Of a stretch of 64,000 bases of DNA, positions 1 to 9,904 are shown piece after piece. Every line of letters starts with the position of its first letter. The first letter of the stretch is position 1. The stretch comes from Alphaproteobacteria bacterium. Its GTDB lineage: Bacteria; Pseudomonadota; Alphaproteobacteria; UBA9219. Below the pieces are notes generated by a model. The model made no database searches. It saw only the letters and a list, made by a program, of their open reading frames with translations, and had not been told where the DNA came from. The DNA lies in NCBI GenBank assembly GCA_009779745.1, contig WRDR01000006.1:3469-67468 (forward strand), in the 5' to 3' direction. Both the position numbers and the translations under genes were made by a program.

Positions 1-1058
1 TTTTTTATTATGCTGTGATCCTGTTCGGAAAACAGCGTAAAATTATATTTTTTATTTTCGGAAAAAATGGTTTGTGAAATTTGCAATTCTTCTTTGCCGT
101 TAAAAACAGACGTCTTTTTCTCAAAATTTGAAGGCTGAACTAGGTGCAGCGATATTACGTCTGTAACAACTCCTGAGAAAATTTGACCTAAGCACCGTAT
201 TTCCTTTATGTGAAAATTTTCTAAAATATATTTTCTTATGTCCTTGTGGGCTGATACGTTTAATATGGATACCGGCAAAATAAAAAAGCATTGCCCTTGT
301 TTTCTCAGGAGTACTTTTGTCTTTACTATGAAGTACGAAAAGCTCTCGCCGGACGTTATATGCTTGCAGTTCTTAGCATGTCTTTTCGATACCTTTGCTC
401 CCCAAGGAGGATTTGTAGCTATGACATCAAAACGCTGTGATGTTTCAGGCATGGATAAATAATCCGTGTTATAGATATTAGGCATAAACTTAATATGCCT
501 GAACCTGTATATGAGTTTTATTTTTGCGATAAAACAAGCTGTCTCGTCTGTGTCAACGCCGTACAGCATAGAAGGATCTTGTATTCTGCTGCTTGCAGCC
601 AAAAGAAAATTTCCGGTCCCGCAGCACGGATCCAGAAATGTAGTCGTATCATTAATATCGGGTATTTTCTTAGTAAGACTCTCCGGCGTATAATAAGAAC
701 CGGTTTGGTTTTTGTCTCCTTCTTTGAGCAGAGACTGGTACGCTATGTCCAGAAAATCAGGCTGTGAAAGAGGAAACTCGGTATTTAACAAGTCACTATC
801 GAAGTTTTGAGAAAAAGCCTCTAGGATTTCCAGCAAAAAAGGATTTTCACCGGTTATCGTGTTATTCTCTATAGAAACAAAGCCGTTTTTTCTTAGAATA
901 GACACCGCCATATTAAAGATTATGTCTTTTATGCTTAAAGGGCTGTTTCTCAGGCTTTCAAGAAACGGCAGAATAGTGCTGTTAGAACCTATCAGCTCCA
1001 TAGGAATAATGCGCCTCTCAGAACACTGTTTATTAGCTCTGCTGGTATTCCCCTTCAT
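1..1058 (-). CDS. N6-adenine-specific DNA methyltransferase (gamma-class). The N-terminal ~350 aa are present and the 3' end runs off the window start
   Basis: My own reverse-strand translation from the ATG at 1058 is open through position 1. It contains motif X-like 'TGSYYTPESL', motif I 'FLDPCCGTGNFLL' (rev-comp of 601-660) and motif IV 'NPPWG' (rev-comp of about 398-413). The ORF track omits it because there is no stop inside the window. The three short + strand ORFs at 238-1068 lie antisense to it. Confidence 0.6.
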   Translation of the reverse strand, partial: MKGNTSRANKQCSERRIIPMELIGSNSTILPFLESLRNSPLSIKDIIFNMAVSILRKNGFVSIENNTITGENPFLLEILEAFSQNFDSDLLNTEFPLSQPDFLDIAYQSLLKEGDKNQTGSYYTPESLTKKIPDINDTTTFLDPCCGTGNFLLAASSRIQDPSMLYGVDTDETACFIAKIKLIYRFRHIKFMPNIYNTDYLSMPETSQRFDVIATNPPWGAKVSKRHAKNCKHITSGESFSYFIVKTKVLLRKQGQCFFILPVSILNVSAHKDIRKYILENFHIKEIRCLGQIFSGVVTDVISLHLVQPSNFEKKTSVFNGKEELQISQTIFSENKKYNFTLFSEQDHSIIK

Positions 1059-1122
1059 TCCTTCCTAACTCCACATTTCACTTTAATTTAAAAAAGAATA
1101 CTGTTATACATATGTATTAATA

Positions 1123-1812
1123 GTGAATCATGGAATCGTAAACAAGAAAATGAAGCAGGCCGCATATATTATATCCGAGAAGGCTCGGAAGATATTTTCT
1201 CAGCAGTGTACTTTTATGCTGGCTGCGGCAGAAGCTGTTCAGTTTCCGGAACCGCTTATCAGCGAGGACGGCTGTACGGTAAAAATTGTGCCTGAAATCG
1301 CTTTTATCGGAAGGTCTAATGTCGGAAAGTCCTCTCTGATTAATGCCTTAGCCGGAAGAAAGGCATTGGCTAGGACTTCCAATACTCCGGGACGGACTCA
1401 GCAAATAGTTTTCTTCAGTCTTTCCGGCTTTCTTATTTTTGCAGATTTGCCCGGATACGGTCACGCAAAGCCTCCTCTGGAAATAGTCAATAAGTGGAAA
1501 AAGCTGGTTCAGGATTATCTTACTAAACGGAAAGAACTGCGCTGCGTTCTGGTTCTTGTAGACAGCCGCCACGGGCTTAAACAGAGCGATTTTGATATGC
1601 TGGCTTTGCTTAATAAGGCGAATGTAAAATACGCTATTGTGTTTACTAAGACGGACTGCGTAAGAAAAGAGGACGTTTCAAATATGATTCAGAGTACCGA
1701 GACTATGATACGCGCCAGAGATTTCACTGCTTGTACAGGAGTTTATTCTGTCAGCTCTCATTCCAAAGAGGGCGTTGACGAGCTGCGTGACGTACTTGCA
1801 AAATGCGTCTGA
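1123..1812 (+). CDS. engB: ribosome biogenesis GTP-binding protein YihA/EngB
   Basis: G1 motif 'GRSNVGKSSLINAL' and a small GTPase fold in a 229 aa ORF. Confidence 0.85.
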   Translation: MNHGIVNKKMKQAAYIISEKARKIFSQQCTFMLAAAEAVQFPEPLISEDGCTVKIVPEIAFIGRSNVGKSSLINALAGRKALARTSNTPGRTQQIVFFSLSGFLIFADLPGYGHAKPPLEIVNKWKKLVQDYLTKRKELRCVLVLVDSRHGLKQSDFDMLALLNKANVKYAIVFTKTDCVRKEDVSNMIQSTETMIRARDFTACTGVYSVSSHSKEGVDELRDVLAKCV

Positions 1813-2402
1813 GATTTTTCAAACCGCCTGCTCCGCAGAGTATTTCAAATGCTGCCTTGAAGTATATGGAGCGGTATTCTGCCACGGAAAAATCTCTAAG
1901 AACAGTGCTAAGAAACAGAATCAAAAGAGCCTGTATGCGCAATGAGGCTTTTGCAAAAGATGCTGCGGCTCAACAAGCGTTGTATGACAAAATTGAAGAG
2001 ATGATACTTAACTACAAAAAATCCGGAATTTTGAATGATGCGCTTTTTGCTCAGAACAAGGTTGCTTCTTTGAGAAGAAAGGGAAAATCTGTCAGCATCA
2101 TAGTTAACACTCTCAAAGAAAAGGGCATTAAGAAAGAGGCTGTTGTTGATGCTCTTAGGGCATATGACGTTGGTCTGGGGTTTGAAAGCTCAGACGATGC
2201 GGAATACGCTGCCGCATTAACATTTGCAAAAAGAAAAAAGTTTGATGTGAAGGCTCAGAGTTTGTTGCATGAGTTGGATTCTGGTGAGAACGAAGGTTTG
2301 CGCAAAAAGTATATAGATTTGAGGCGGAAGGCACTTGCATCTCTGGCAAGAGGAGGCTACTCTTCCGGTGTTGCAAGGAAAGTTGTTGAAGCATTAATGT
2401 AA
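1803..2402 (+). CDS. recX: RecX-family regulatory protein
   Basis: 199 aa alpha-helical protein with RecX-like repeats ('[41 protein letters not shown]'). Confidence 0.5.
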   Translation: MRLRFFKPPAPQSISNAALKYMERYSATEKSLRTVLRNRIKRACMRNEAFAKDAAAQQALYDKIEEMILNYKKSGILNDALFAQNKVASLRRKGKSVSIIVNTLKEKGIKKEAVVDALRAYDVGLGFESSDDAEYAAALTFAKRKKFDVKAQSLLHELDSGENEGLRKKYIDLRRKALASLARGGYSSGVARKVVEALM

Positions 2403-2415
2403 AAGGACAGGTTTA

Positions 2416-3747
2416 ATGACCAGAAAATATTTCGGCACAGACGGTATAAGAGGCATTGCCAATACGGAGCCGATGACGGCTGATACTGCGATGAAGGTTG
2501 CTATGGCGGCAGCCGGGCTGTTCAGAAGAGGCGACTATAAGCACCGGGTCGTAATAGGCAAAGACACTAGGCTTTCAGGATATTTACTGGAGCCGGCTTT
2601 GACTTCCGGGTTTATTGCTAAGGGCATGGACGTTATTCTTTTGGGTCCTGTGCCGACTCCCGCAGTGTCTATGCTCACAAAGAGTCTGAGGGCTGATATG
2701 GGAGTCATGATTTCCGCTTCTCACAATCCCTATCAGGACAACGGAATAAAGCTGTTCGGTCCGGACGGGCTTAAGCTGTCGGACGAACTGGAAAAAAGCA
2801 TTGAAGAGCGCATGGAAGGCGACTTGTCGGCAGACAATGTGCTTTCTTCCGAGCTTGGAAGAGCCAGCCGTTTGGAAGACGCTGTAGGACGGTATGTGGA
2901 GTATGCCAAAGCCACTTTTAACGGAGCAAGACTGGACGGACTCAAAATAGTAGTGGATTGCGCAAACGGAGCTGCATACAAAGTTGCGCCCGAAGTGTTT
3001 TGGGAGTTGGGAGCCGAAGTTATATTGTTATCTGCCGCACCTAACGGAAAAAACATTAACCATAATTGCGGAGCTACTGCTACAAAGGCAATGCAGGAAG
3101 CTGTTGTTGCAAACAACGCAGACTTAGGAATAGCCTTAGACGGAGACGCGGACAGGCTTATTATGGCGGACGAGACCGGCAGGAAACTGGACGGAGACCA
3201 GTTGATAGCATTAGTCGCAAAGCACTGGGCTAAGCAGAACAAGCTGAAAAATAACAGCGTGGTGGTTACTCAGATGTCTAATATGGGGCTGGGAAAATTG
3301 CTGTCGTCCATAGGGGTGAAGCTGTATAAGACTGCGGTTGGCGACAGGTACGTTGTAGAAAAGATGCGGGAGATAGGAGCTAATCTCGGAGGCGAGCAGT
3401 CAGGGCATTTGATATTCAGCGATTATGCCTGTACCGGAGACGGAATAATTGCTGCGCTTCAAGTGTTGTCTATTGTGCGGAACAGCCAAGAGAAACTGAG
3501 TACTGCGTGCAATGTGTTTGAGCCAATACCGCAGGTTATGAAAAGCATTGCGGCGGACAGGAGTATTCTGGAGCAGAAAACAGTACAAGCAGCAATTGAC
3601 GCAGCAAAGAAAAGGCTTGGAGATAAAGGAGAGATTTCCGTGAGAGCCTCCGGAACAGAGAAACTAATACGAGTCATGGCGCAAGGCGAGGACGAAAAAC
3701 AGATTTCTATGGCAGTTGATGAAATTTGTGCGGTAATAAAGGCATAA
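2416..3747 (+). CDS. glmM: phosphoglucosamine mutase
   Basis: Active-site '[13 protein letters not shown]' and a GTDGIRG N-terminus in a 443 aa ORF. Confidence 0.9.
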   Translation: MTRKYFGTDGIRGIANTEPMTADTAMKVAMAAAGLFRRGDYKHRVVIGKDTRLSGYLLEPALTSGFIAKGMDVILLGPVPTPAVSMLTKSLRADMGVMISASHNPYQDNGIKLFGPDGLKLSDELEKSIEERMEGDLSADNVLSSELGRASRLEDAVGRYVEYAKATFNGARLDGLKIVVDCANGAAYKVAPEVFWELGAEVILLSAAPNGKNINHNCGATATKAMQEAVVANNADLGIALDGDADRLIMADETGRKLDGDQLIALVAKHWAKQNKLKNNSVVVTQMSNMGLGKLLSSIGVKLYKTAVGDRYVVEKMREIGANLGGEQSGHLIFSDYACTGDGIIAALQVLSIVRNSQEKLSTACNVFEPIPQVMKSIAADRSILEQKTVQAAIDAAKKRLGDKGEISVRASGTEKLIRVMAQGEDEKQISMAVDEICAVIKA

Positions 3748-3750
3748 AGT

Positions 3751-4413
3751 ATGCAAGAGAAACCTATAGTAATAGCCATAGACGGATTGTCTGCAAGCGG
3801 CAAAGGCACTCTTGCAAAGCGCATGGCAGAGTATTTTGATTTTGCATATCTGGATACCGGAATATTGTACAGAGCAGTCGGGCTTAAGGTTCTGGAAGCC
3901 GGCAAAACGGAACTGGCAGTGCAAATCGCAAAAGAACTGGACCTTTCAACGATTTCGGAGCTGTCCGGAAATGCAGAGCTGCGGTCTGAAAAAGTTGCTG
4001 TAGAGGCATCTAAGGTTGCGGCTATGGGGGAGGTGCGGCAGGCTCTTTTGCAGTTTCAAAAAGATTTTTGCGCAGCACCTCCGAACGGCAAAAAAGGAGC
4101 TGTTCTGGACGGACGGGATATTGGAAGCGTAATAGCTCCAGATGCCGATGTGAAATTGTTTATAACAGCATCGCTGGAAGCAAGAGCATTGCGCAGATAC
4201 AAAGAATTATTTCCTCACGCACCATATCAAGATATTGAATATCAACACATTTTTGCAGATATGAAAGCCAGAGACGAAAGAGATTCTCAGAGAACAGCAG
4301 CTCCTGTCAAAATCCCGGAAGATGCTCTTTTTATAGATACCTCTGATATGGGGATTGAGGAAGTTGTAAAAAAAGCCATAGAGTTTGCCGAGACAAAATT
4401 AAAGCTAAAATAA
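3751..4413 (+). CDS. cmk: cytidylate kinase
   Basis: P-loop 'IAIDGLSASGKGT' in a 220 aa ORF that lies upstream of rpsA. Confidence 0.85.
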   Translation: MQEKPIVIAIDGLSASGKGTLAKRMAEYFDFAYLDTGILYRAVGLKVLEAGKTELAVQIAKELDLSTISELSGNAELRSEKVAVEASKVAAMGEVRQALLQFQKDFCAAPPNGKKGAVLDGRDIGSVIAPDADVKLFITASLEARALRRYKELFPHAPYQDIEYQHIFADMKARDERDSQRTAAPVKIPEDALFIDTSDMGIEEVVKKAIEFAETKLKLK

Positions 4414-4429
4414 ACAAAGGAGAAAAGAC

Positions 4430-5246
4430 ATGAAAAAAGTAATGTTGGTGTTAGTTGTAGGACTATTATTAAGTGCCTGCTCTAGTGCTAGGATAGATAG
4501 TACTGCTAACATGTGCTATAAAACTATTACTACTTGTGCAGGGGCTCCTATAAATTATGGTGCTGATGGATGCATGGGAATAAGAAATCCTTATGCTGCA
4601 GCAGTTGTTCTAAATTATACTATGGCTGGCGGAGGCGGAGGCGGAACTCCAACAGGGCAAGGAGGAGGAGGAGGAAGCACTGCATTGTTCACCAATGATA
4701 GTATTGCCGATATTAGAATAGCCAGAGGAGGCAATATCGCTAGTGATGCTCAAACTGTTACCGGAACACTTACTTTTAATGCGGGCACCACATTATACGC
4801 CTTTGTAGGCGGAGGAGGCGGATATGACTGGTCAGCAGGAGGGGCTGGTTGGTTCGGTGGCAATTCTGGACACAGGGGGGGGGGCAGGAGGTTATAATGC
4901 TGCTGAGAGTGTTCAGGCAATCGGCTATGGATCCCGATTTAGAGGCGGGCATAATGGAACTAATTCGTACGGTGGAAGCGGATTGTTGGGAGGAGCCGGA
5001 AAGTCGACCGGAGATGGGGCAGGATATAATGGCGGAGGAGGATTCGGCAGTGGGGGAGGCTCAAACGGAGAAGCAGGAGGCTCAAACGGAGGGAATGGGT
5101 TGGGTGCCAGCGGAGGTCTTGGAGCAAACAACTGGTCAGCCGCAACATCATGGCCCAACGGTCCCGGCAAACATAATGGAACAGGAAACGGCGGTTTGAT
5201 AATATTAAGATACGTCAGCCCGACAGGTGCTTGCTCGTTATATTAA
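4430..5246 (+). CDS. glycine-rich lipoprotein. The reading frame is interrupted at a G10 tract. Reading frame 2 (ORF 4430-4897) and frame 0 (ORF 4824-5246) join across the tract
   Basis: Lipobox 'LLLSAC' signal peptide followed by GGGG-rich repeats. The two overlapping ORFs share the 4824-4897 overlap that contains the poly-G. The C-terminus 'GLGANNWSAATSWP...GNGGLIILRYVSPTGAC' is paralogous to 53006-54367. Confidence 0.6.
4875..4884. repeat. homopolymeric G10 tract inside the glycine-rich lipoprotein gene, where the frame switches
   Basis: 'cacagggggggggcagg' counted directly in the sequence. Confidence 0.8.
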
Positions 5247-5516
5247 ATATTCCACCTTCTTGCTGGAAGAGGAATACGTAGGCAACTCCTAACTCCTAAT
5301 TAAAATAAAGCTTGGATTCCCATAAACTATATGCTATCACCGCCCCTGTGTTTGACGCTGTTGTCAAACCAAGACTAAGACGTTTACCAAGCCGCAGCGC
5401 CCTGCTTTCAGCCTTGCCTGCTTAATATAAAAATGTCTTGTCCTACTTTAACCTCAAGAGAAAGCGAACAGGCGGCTGTATGCAGCTATGACCTGTCATA
5501 GAAAGAGAACAATAAA

Positions 5517-7256
5517 ATGGCTAAAAAAATTCCCCTGAAAACAAAAGATAATTCTAAAGATATTAAGAACAAAAGCGCATTCGCAGAAATGCTGGATCAG
5601 GCTTTCAACAAAGAAGGAAGTCTCGAGGGCAATGTCGTAAAAGGTCTTATAGTAGGCATTGACAAAGAACACGTTATTATTGATGTAGGTCTCAAGTCCG
5701 AAGGACGCATTCCATTACGCGAATTTTCCGTAGGCGGACAGCCTGCCGAACTAAAGGTAGGAGATACTGTTGACGTATTCCTCGATAGAATGGAAGGCCG
5801 TGACGGCGAGGCTGTTCTTTCCAGAGAAAAAGCAAAACGCGAAGAAAGCTGGGTCGTTCTGCAAAAGGCATTGGAAAAACAAGAACAAGTTGCGGGTATT
5901 ATTTTCGGCAAAGTCAAAGGCGGCTTTGTTGTTGATTTGGACGGAGCCACTGCATTCCTGCCGGGCTCTCAGGTTGACATCAGACCGGTAAGAGACGTAA
6001 CGCCGCTAATGGGAACGGCACAGCCCTTCCAGATTCTGAAAATGGATAGAATCCGTGGAAACATAGTTGTTTCGCGCAGAGCTGTTCTGGAAGAAAGCCG
6101 CGCTGAAGCCAGAACTGAACTGGTATCCAACCTCAAAGAAGGTCAGATACTGCAAGGTATTGTGAAAAACATCACTGATTACGGAGCGTTCGTGGATCTG
6201 GGCGGAGTAGACGGACTGCTGCACGTTACGGATATTGCATGGAAGCGCATCAACCACCCTTCCGAAATGCTTCAAATCGGACAGCCTATAAACGTTCAGG
6301 TTATCAAGTTCAACTCTGACAATCAGCGCATCAGTCTCGGCATGAAACAGCTCGAAGATGATCCGTGGAAGAACATAGAAGAAAGATTCCCTGCCGGTTC
6401 TAAGGCTAAAGGAAGAGTGACCAATATAACTGACTACGGAGCTTTCGTAGAGCTGGAAGCCGGCATAGAAGGACTCGTGCACGTGTCCGAGATGCTGTGG
6501 ACGAAGAAGAATCTGCCGCCTAATAAGATAGTCTCTCAGAGCCAAGAGGTCGAGGTTACTGTGTTGGAGATTGACGCTTCCAAGAGGAGAATCAGCCTCG
6601 GCATTAAGCAGTGCTTAGAGAATCCGTGGGCTAAGTTCAAAGAAACTCACAATGCCGGCGAAGTGCTTCAAGGCGAGATTCGCAATATTGCGGAGTTCGG
6701 TTTGTTTGTTGCGTTGTCTGAAGAGATAGACGGAATGCTGCATATGTCTGACTTGTCGTGGGAAGAGCCCGGCGAAGAAGCTATCAAGAAATATCAGAAA
6801 GGTCAGGTTGTCGAGTTCAAAATACTTGATATTGACAGCGAAAAAGAGCGCATAAGCCTTGGCATGAAGCAGCTCACCGAAGATCCTTACGAGAGCATAC
6901 AGGTTAACTTCAAGAAAGGCGATGTTGTAACTTGCACTATCAGTGCGATTAAAGACAACGGCATAGAAGTTGATTTGGGCGATGCTTCCGGCGGCTGGAA
7001 TGGGTTTATCAAGAAAGCTGATTTGGCGCGCGACAGATCTGAGCAGCGCACTGACCGTTTTGCAGTAGGCGAAAAGGTAGATGCGAAGGTCTTGAACTTG
7101 GAAAAGGCTTCGCGCAAAGTGAACTTGTCTATCAAGGCGAGAGAAGTTGATGAAGACAAGAAAGCTATGGTCGAGTACGGATCTTCTGATTCCGGAGCGA
7201 GCTTAGGAGATATTCTCGGCGCAGCTATCAAAAAGACTCAAAAGAAGGAAGAGTAG
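5517..7256 (+). CDS. rpsA: 30S ribosomal protein S1
   Basis: 579 aa with six S1 domains ('GIVKNITDYGAFVDLGGVDGLLHV' repeats). Confidence 0.95.
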   Translation: MAKKIPLKTKDNSKDIKNKSAFAEMLDQAFNKEGSLEGNVVKGLIVGIDKEHVIIDVGLKSEGRIPLREFSVGGQPAELKVGDTVDVFLDRMEGRDGEAVLSREKAKREESWVVLQKALEKQEQVAGIIFGKVKGGFVVDLDGATAFLPGSQVDIRPVRDVTPLMGTAQPFQILKMDRIRGNIVVSRRAVLEESRAEARTELVSNLKEGQILQGIVKNITDYGAFVDLGGVDGLLHVTDIAWKRINHPSEMLQIGQPINVQVIKFNSDNQRISLGMKQLEDDPWKNIEERFPAGSKAKGRVTNITDYGAFVELEAGIEGLVHVSEMLWTKKNLPPNKIVSQSQEVEVTVLEIDASKRRISLGIKQCLENPWAKFKETHNAGEVLQGEIRNIAEFGLFVALSEEIDGMLHMSDLSWEEPGEEAIKKYQKGQVVEFKILDIDSEKERISLGMKQLTEDPYESIQVNFKKGDVVTCTISAIKDNGIEVDLGDASGGWNGFIKKADLARDRSEQRTDRFAVGEKVDAKVLNLEKASRKVNLSIKAREVDEDKKAMVEYGSSDSGASLGDILGAAIKKTQKKEE

Positions 7257-7297
7257 GAAAAGAGTTGAGAGCGAAGCCCCGCCGTAGCTTTAGCGTA

Positions 7298-7336
7298 GGA
7301 GGGTGGAGTTGAGACATATTCTTAACTCCACCCTCC
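7298..7336. terminator. 13-bp perfect inverted repeat (GGAGGGTGGAGTT / AACTCCACCCTCC) between the convergent rpsA and ppiB genes. It belongs to the GTGGAGTT/AACTCCAC hairpin family and has no U-tract
   Basis: Seen in sequence. It sits at the convergent gene ends. Confidence 0.35.
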
Positions 7337-7348
7337 AAACTCAACACT

Positions 7349-7870
7349 TTATTTCGCAGCATCCGCCGCAACAGACATCTTTACTATCTTCGTAGGATTT
7401 TTGACTGTTCCGTTATTTGCTGCAGAGCCTGCTTTGATTTTGTCAACGAACTCCATGCCGGAAACAACTTCACCCCACACAGTATACTGACCGTCAAGAT
7501 ACGAAGCCGGCTCAAAACAGATGAAAAACTGAGAGTCTGCACTGTTTGGATCGTTCGCTCTCGCCATAGAGACCGTGCCTCTTACGTGCTTTTCCTTCGA
7601 GAACTCTGCCTTAAGTTTTTTGCCGGAACCGCCCATGCCGGTACCGGACGGATCCCCTGTTTGCGCCATAAAACCGGGTAAGACTCTGTGAAATACAACG
7701 CCGTCATAAAAGCCTTGCCGCGTAAGTTCCTTTATTCTGGCAACGTGATTGGGAGCCAAATCCGGACGCAGTCTGATAACTACTCTTCCGTCCGGCAAAT
7801 CCAAGTACAGAGTATTTTCCAGCTCCGTGTTGGCAGTGTTTGCTGCATTTGTTTCGTTTGTTTGTGTCAT
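7349..7870 (-). CDS. ppiB: cyclophilin-type peptidyl-prolyl cis-trans isomerase
   Basis: 'FHRVLPGFMAQTGDPSGTGMGGSG' cyclophilin signature, with no signal peptide. Confidence 0.85.
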   Translation of the reverse strand: MTQTNETNAANTANTELENTLYLDLPDGRVVIRLRPDLAPNHVARIKELTRQGFYDGVVFHRVLPGFMAQTGDPSGTGMGGSGKKLKAEFSKEKHVRGTVSMARANDPNSADSQFFICFEPASYLDGQYTVWGEVVSGMEFVDKIKAGSAANNGTVKNPTKIVKMSVAADAAK

Positions 7871-7945
7871 TACAAAAGCTCCTAAGAAAAGTATTGCGGA
7901 AAAAACACAATGGTTATTAGTTTTTTCATTTTATGTGTACCCTCG

Positions 7946-8461
7946 TTATTGGAATTGTTTCTGCCCTATTCTGATTTGGCGGGCTTTAGCCAGTATGGCG
8001 TTTTCTATTGCCTCTGCTGTAGCCTCGGAAACCGCAGCATCTTGCCAGATACCTTTGCTATCCTTGATCTGACGGAATACCGATACTTTTACGCCGGCGG
8101 CAGTAAGCTCTCTGTCTCTGATATGCACATTGAGCTTAGTTCTTTCATTAGGAGCATCGGGCGCCGAGTACCAATCGGTAAGAATCAATCCTCCGAAAGG
8201 ATCAGCCGAGCTTATCGGCAGGAAAGCTATAGTATCCAAAGAGGCACGCCAGAGAAAAGCGTTCACACCTATACCATAGTCGCTGGCTTTTTTCTTGTCT
8301 TTGCCGCCGATGATGTCCCAGCCGCCTTCTTCACTCAGAAGGCTTCCGTATTTGTACATTTCGTCTCTGGTCGTGTTTTTGTATGTAGGATCGGAAGAGA
8401 GCCCTTCGCAGGCGACAAGCAGCAAGCAAGGGATAATTAATAGCAAATTGCGATATTTCAT
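7946..8461 (-). CDS. putative lipoprotein
   Basis: Signal peptide with lipobox 'LLVAC' in a 171 aa ORF of unknown function. Confidence 0.5.
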   Translation of the reverse strand: MKYRNLLLIIPCLLLVACEGLSSDPTYKNTTRDEMYKYGSLLSEEGGWDIIGGKDKKKASDYGIGVNAFLWRASLDTIAFLPISSADPFGGLILTDWYSAPDAPNERTKLNVHIRDRELTAAGVKVSVFRQIKDSKGIWQDAAVSEATAEAIENAILAKARQIRIGQKQFQ

Positions 8462-8709
8462 AGTACCTCGTACTGATTCTTTAAAAAGGAAACCCCAGAA
8501 TATAATTTCTTAACCATCTCTGCAAGTATAAATTAGATACCAGAATTCTGGCCTCTGGTATCTGGCATCTAACCCTGTCACCCAAAAGCAACTTTTGATT
8601 CCAACCGTTGCGGCTTTAAAATTCTCTCTTGATTAATTATGGTCAATTTTGCACATATATGCCTGTACGGTGTGTACAGTCGTATTCATACCATTATGGG
8701 GAAAATTTT

Positions 8710-9861
8710 ATGAAAAAATTTCTTTTAGCAACAACGGCTCTTGTTGGTTTTACTTTTTCATGCGAAGCTTTTGCTGCAGAATCTCTTCTTAAGGTTACTC
8801 TTGGCGGCAGCGTCGAGGTAGTCGGCGGCACTTATAAACAAAAACTAAACGATGACAGCAATACGGACTATGATTTTGCCTCTTTTTATACCCTCGACGT
8901 GAAGGCTGCCGGCAAAGCCGGTGGTTTTGATTGCGGTGCTGATTTCAGGTTTTCCAATACGGCTTCTTTCCCTAAATTCACGCCGAAAGACTCAAGTATT
9001 ACTCTGTCTCACGGCTATATATATATGTCCGGCTCTTTCGGCAAAATTCAGATAGGCGATCAGCGGGGCACCACCAGTTTGGCAGTAACTACTCCCTCCG
9101 TCGGCATGGGCCAGACAGAAGGACGTATCATTGATTTCCTAAGCAGCGACACATTCAGCAAGGTTTTTGTCAAGAGCGTTGATAAAAAAAATGGTACCAG
9201 CATTACTTATTATACTCCGAAATTAGGGAATGAGAATCACAAGATTCAGGCAGGCCTCACTTATGAACCGAAGATGTTCAGCGGCGGTGCAGATATAATT
9301 TCTAAGAAAAACGCTTACAAAAGCGTGATTAAGGCGGCAGCTGCTTATGACGGCAGCATTGATTTTGTTAAGCTGAATGCTTCTGCTCACATAGTTAACG
9401 GAGGAGGAAGAGCTGCGGGTTACGGTCTCAAGTCTCCTGTCAGCCTGCATTCCGGATTTACCGCTTGGGGGTTGGGGGCTAATGCTTCTGCTTACGGCGT
9501 GAAGATTGGCATCAACTACGAGGATTTCGGCAAATTCTTAGCTCCGGACATCGCAAATACCAAAGGACAGTATCGTATTGGAACCGGCATTGCTTACGAA
9601 CAGGATTGTTTCGGGGTGGCATTTAACTATATAACCGGTACGGCATATAATTTTGCGAAACTGCCTCCTGTTGATGCCAGCACTTTAACTCGCTTAAAAG
9701 GTTTTGATTCGTATGGAATCGGCGGAGTTTACAAATGGGCTCCGGGCTTGACTTCCAATGCGGATTTGGTGTTTTTCCAACAGCGCTTTACTGATGACAT
9801 TTCTTCTTCAGCAAAGGGGAGCGGGTATGTGTTCCTGCTCTCACAGAAGCTGGCGTTTTAA
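8710..9861 (+). CDS. outer-membrane porin-like beta-barrel protein
   Basis: Signal peptide 'MKKFLLATTALVGFTFSCEAFA', alternating beta-strand pattern and a C-terminal Phe ('SQKLAF'). RBS 'GGGGA' precedes the ATG at 8710. The ORF track's 8629 start is unlikely. Confidence 0.6.
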   Translation: MKKFLLATTALVGFTFSCEAFAAESLLKVTLGGSVEVVGGTYKQKLNDDSNTDYDFASFYTLDVKAAGKAGGFDCGADFRFSNTASFPKFTPKDSSITLSHGYIYMSGSFGKIQIGDQRGTTSLAVTTPSVGMGQTEGRIIDFLSSDTFSKVFVKSVDKKNGTSITYYTPKLGNENHKIQAGLTYEPKMFSGGADIISKKNAYKSVIKAAAAYDGSIDFVKLNASAHIVNGGGRAAGYGLKSPVSLHSGFTAWGLGANASAYGVKIGINYEDFGKFLAPDIANTKGQYRIGTGIAYEQDCFGVAFNYITGTAYNFAKLPPVDASTLTRLKGFDSYGIGGVYKWAPGLTSNADLVFFQQRFTDDISSSAKGSGYVFLLSQKLAF

Positions 9862-9904
9862 TTCCCAATTAAAAACTGGCACACTATTTGCTTGTATCTA
9901 TCGT

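Noticed and set aside
238-1068. Three short + strand ORFs (74, 90 and 69 aa) from the track
   Set aside because: They overlap the long open minus-strand frame that carries clear DNA-methyltransferase motifs, and they have no recognisable features of their own.
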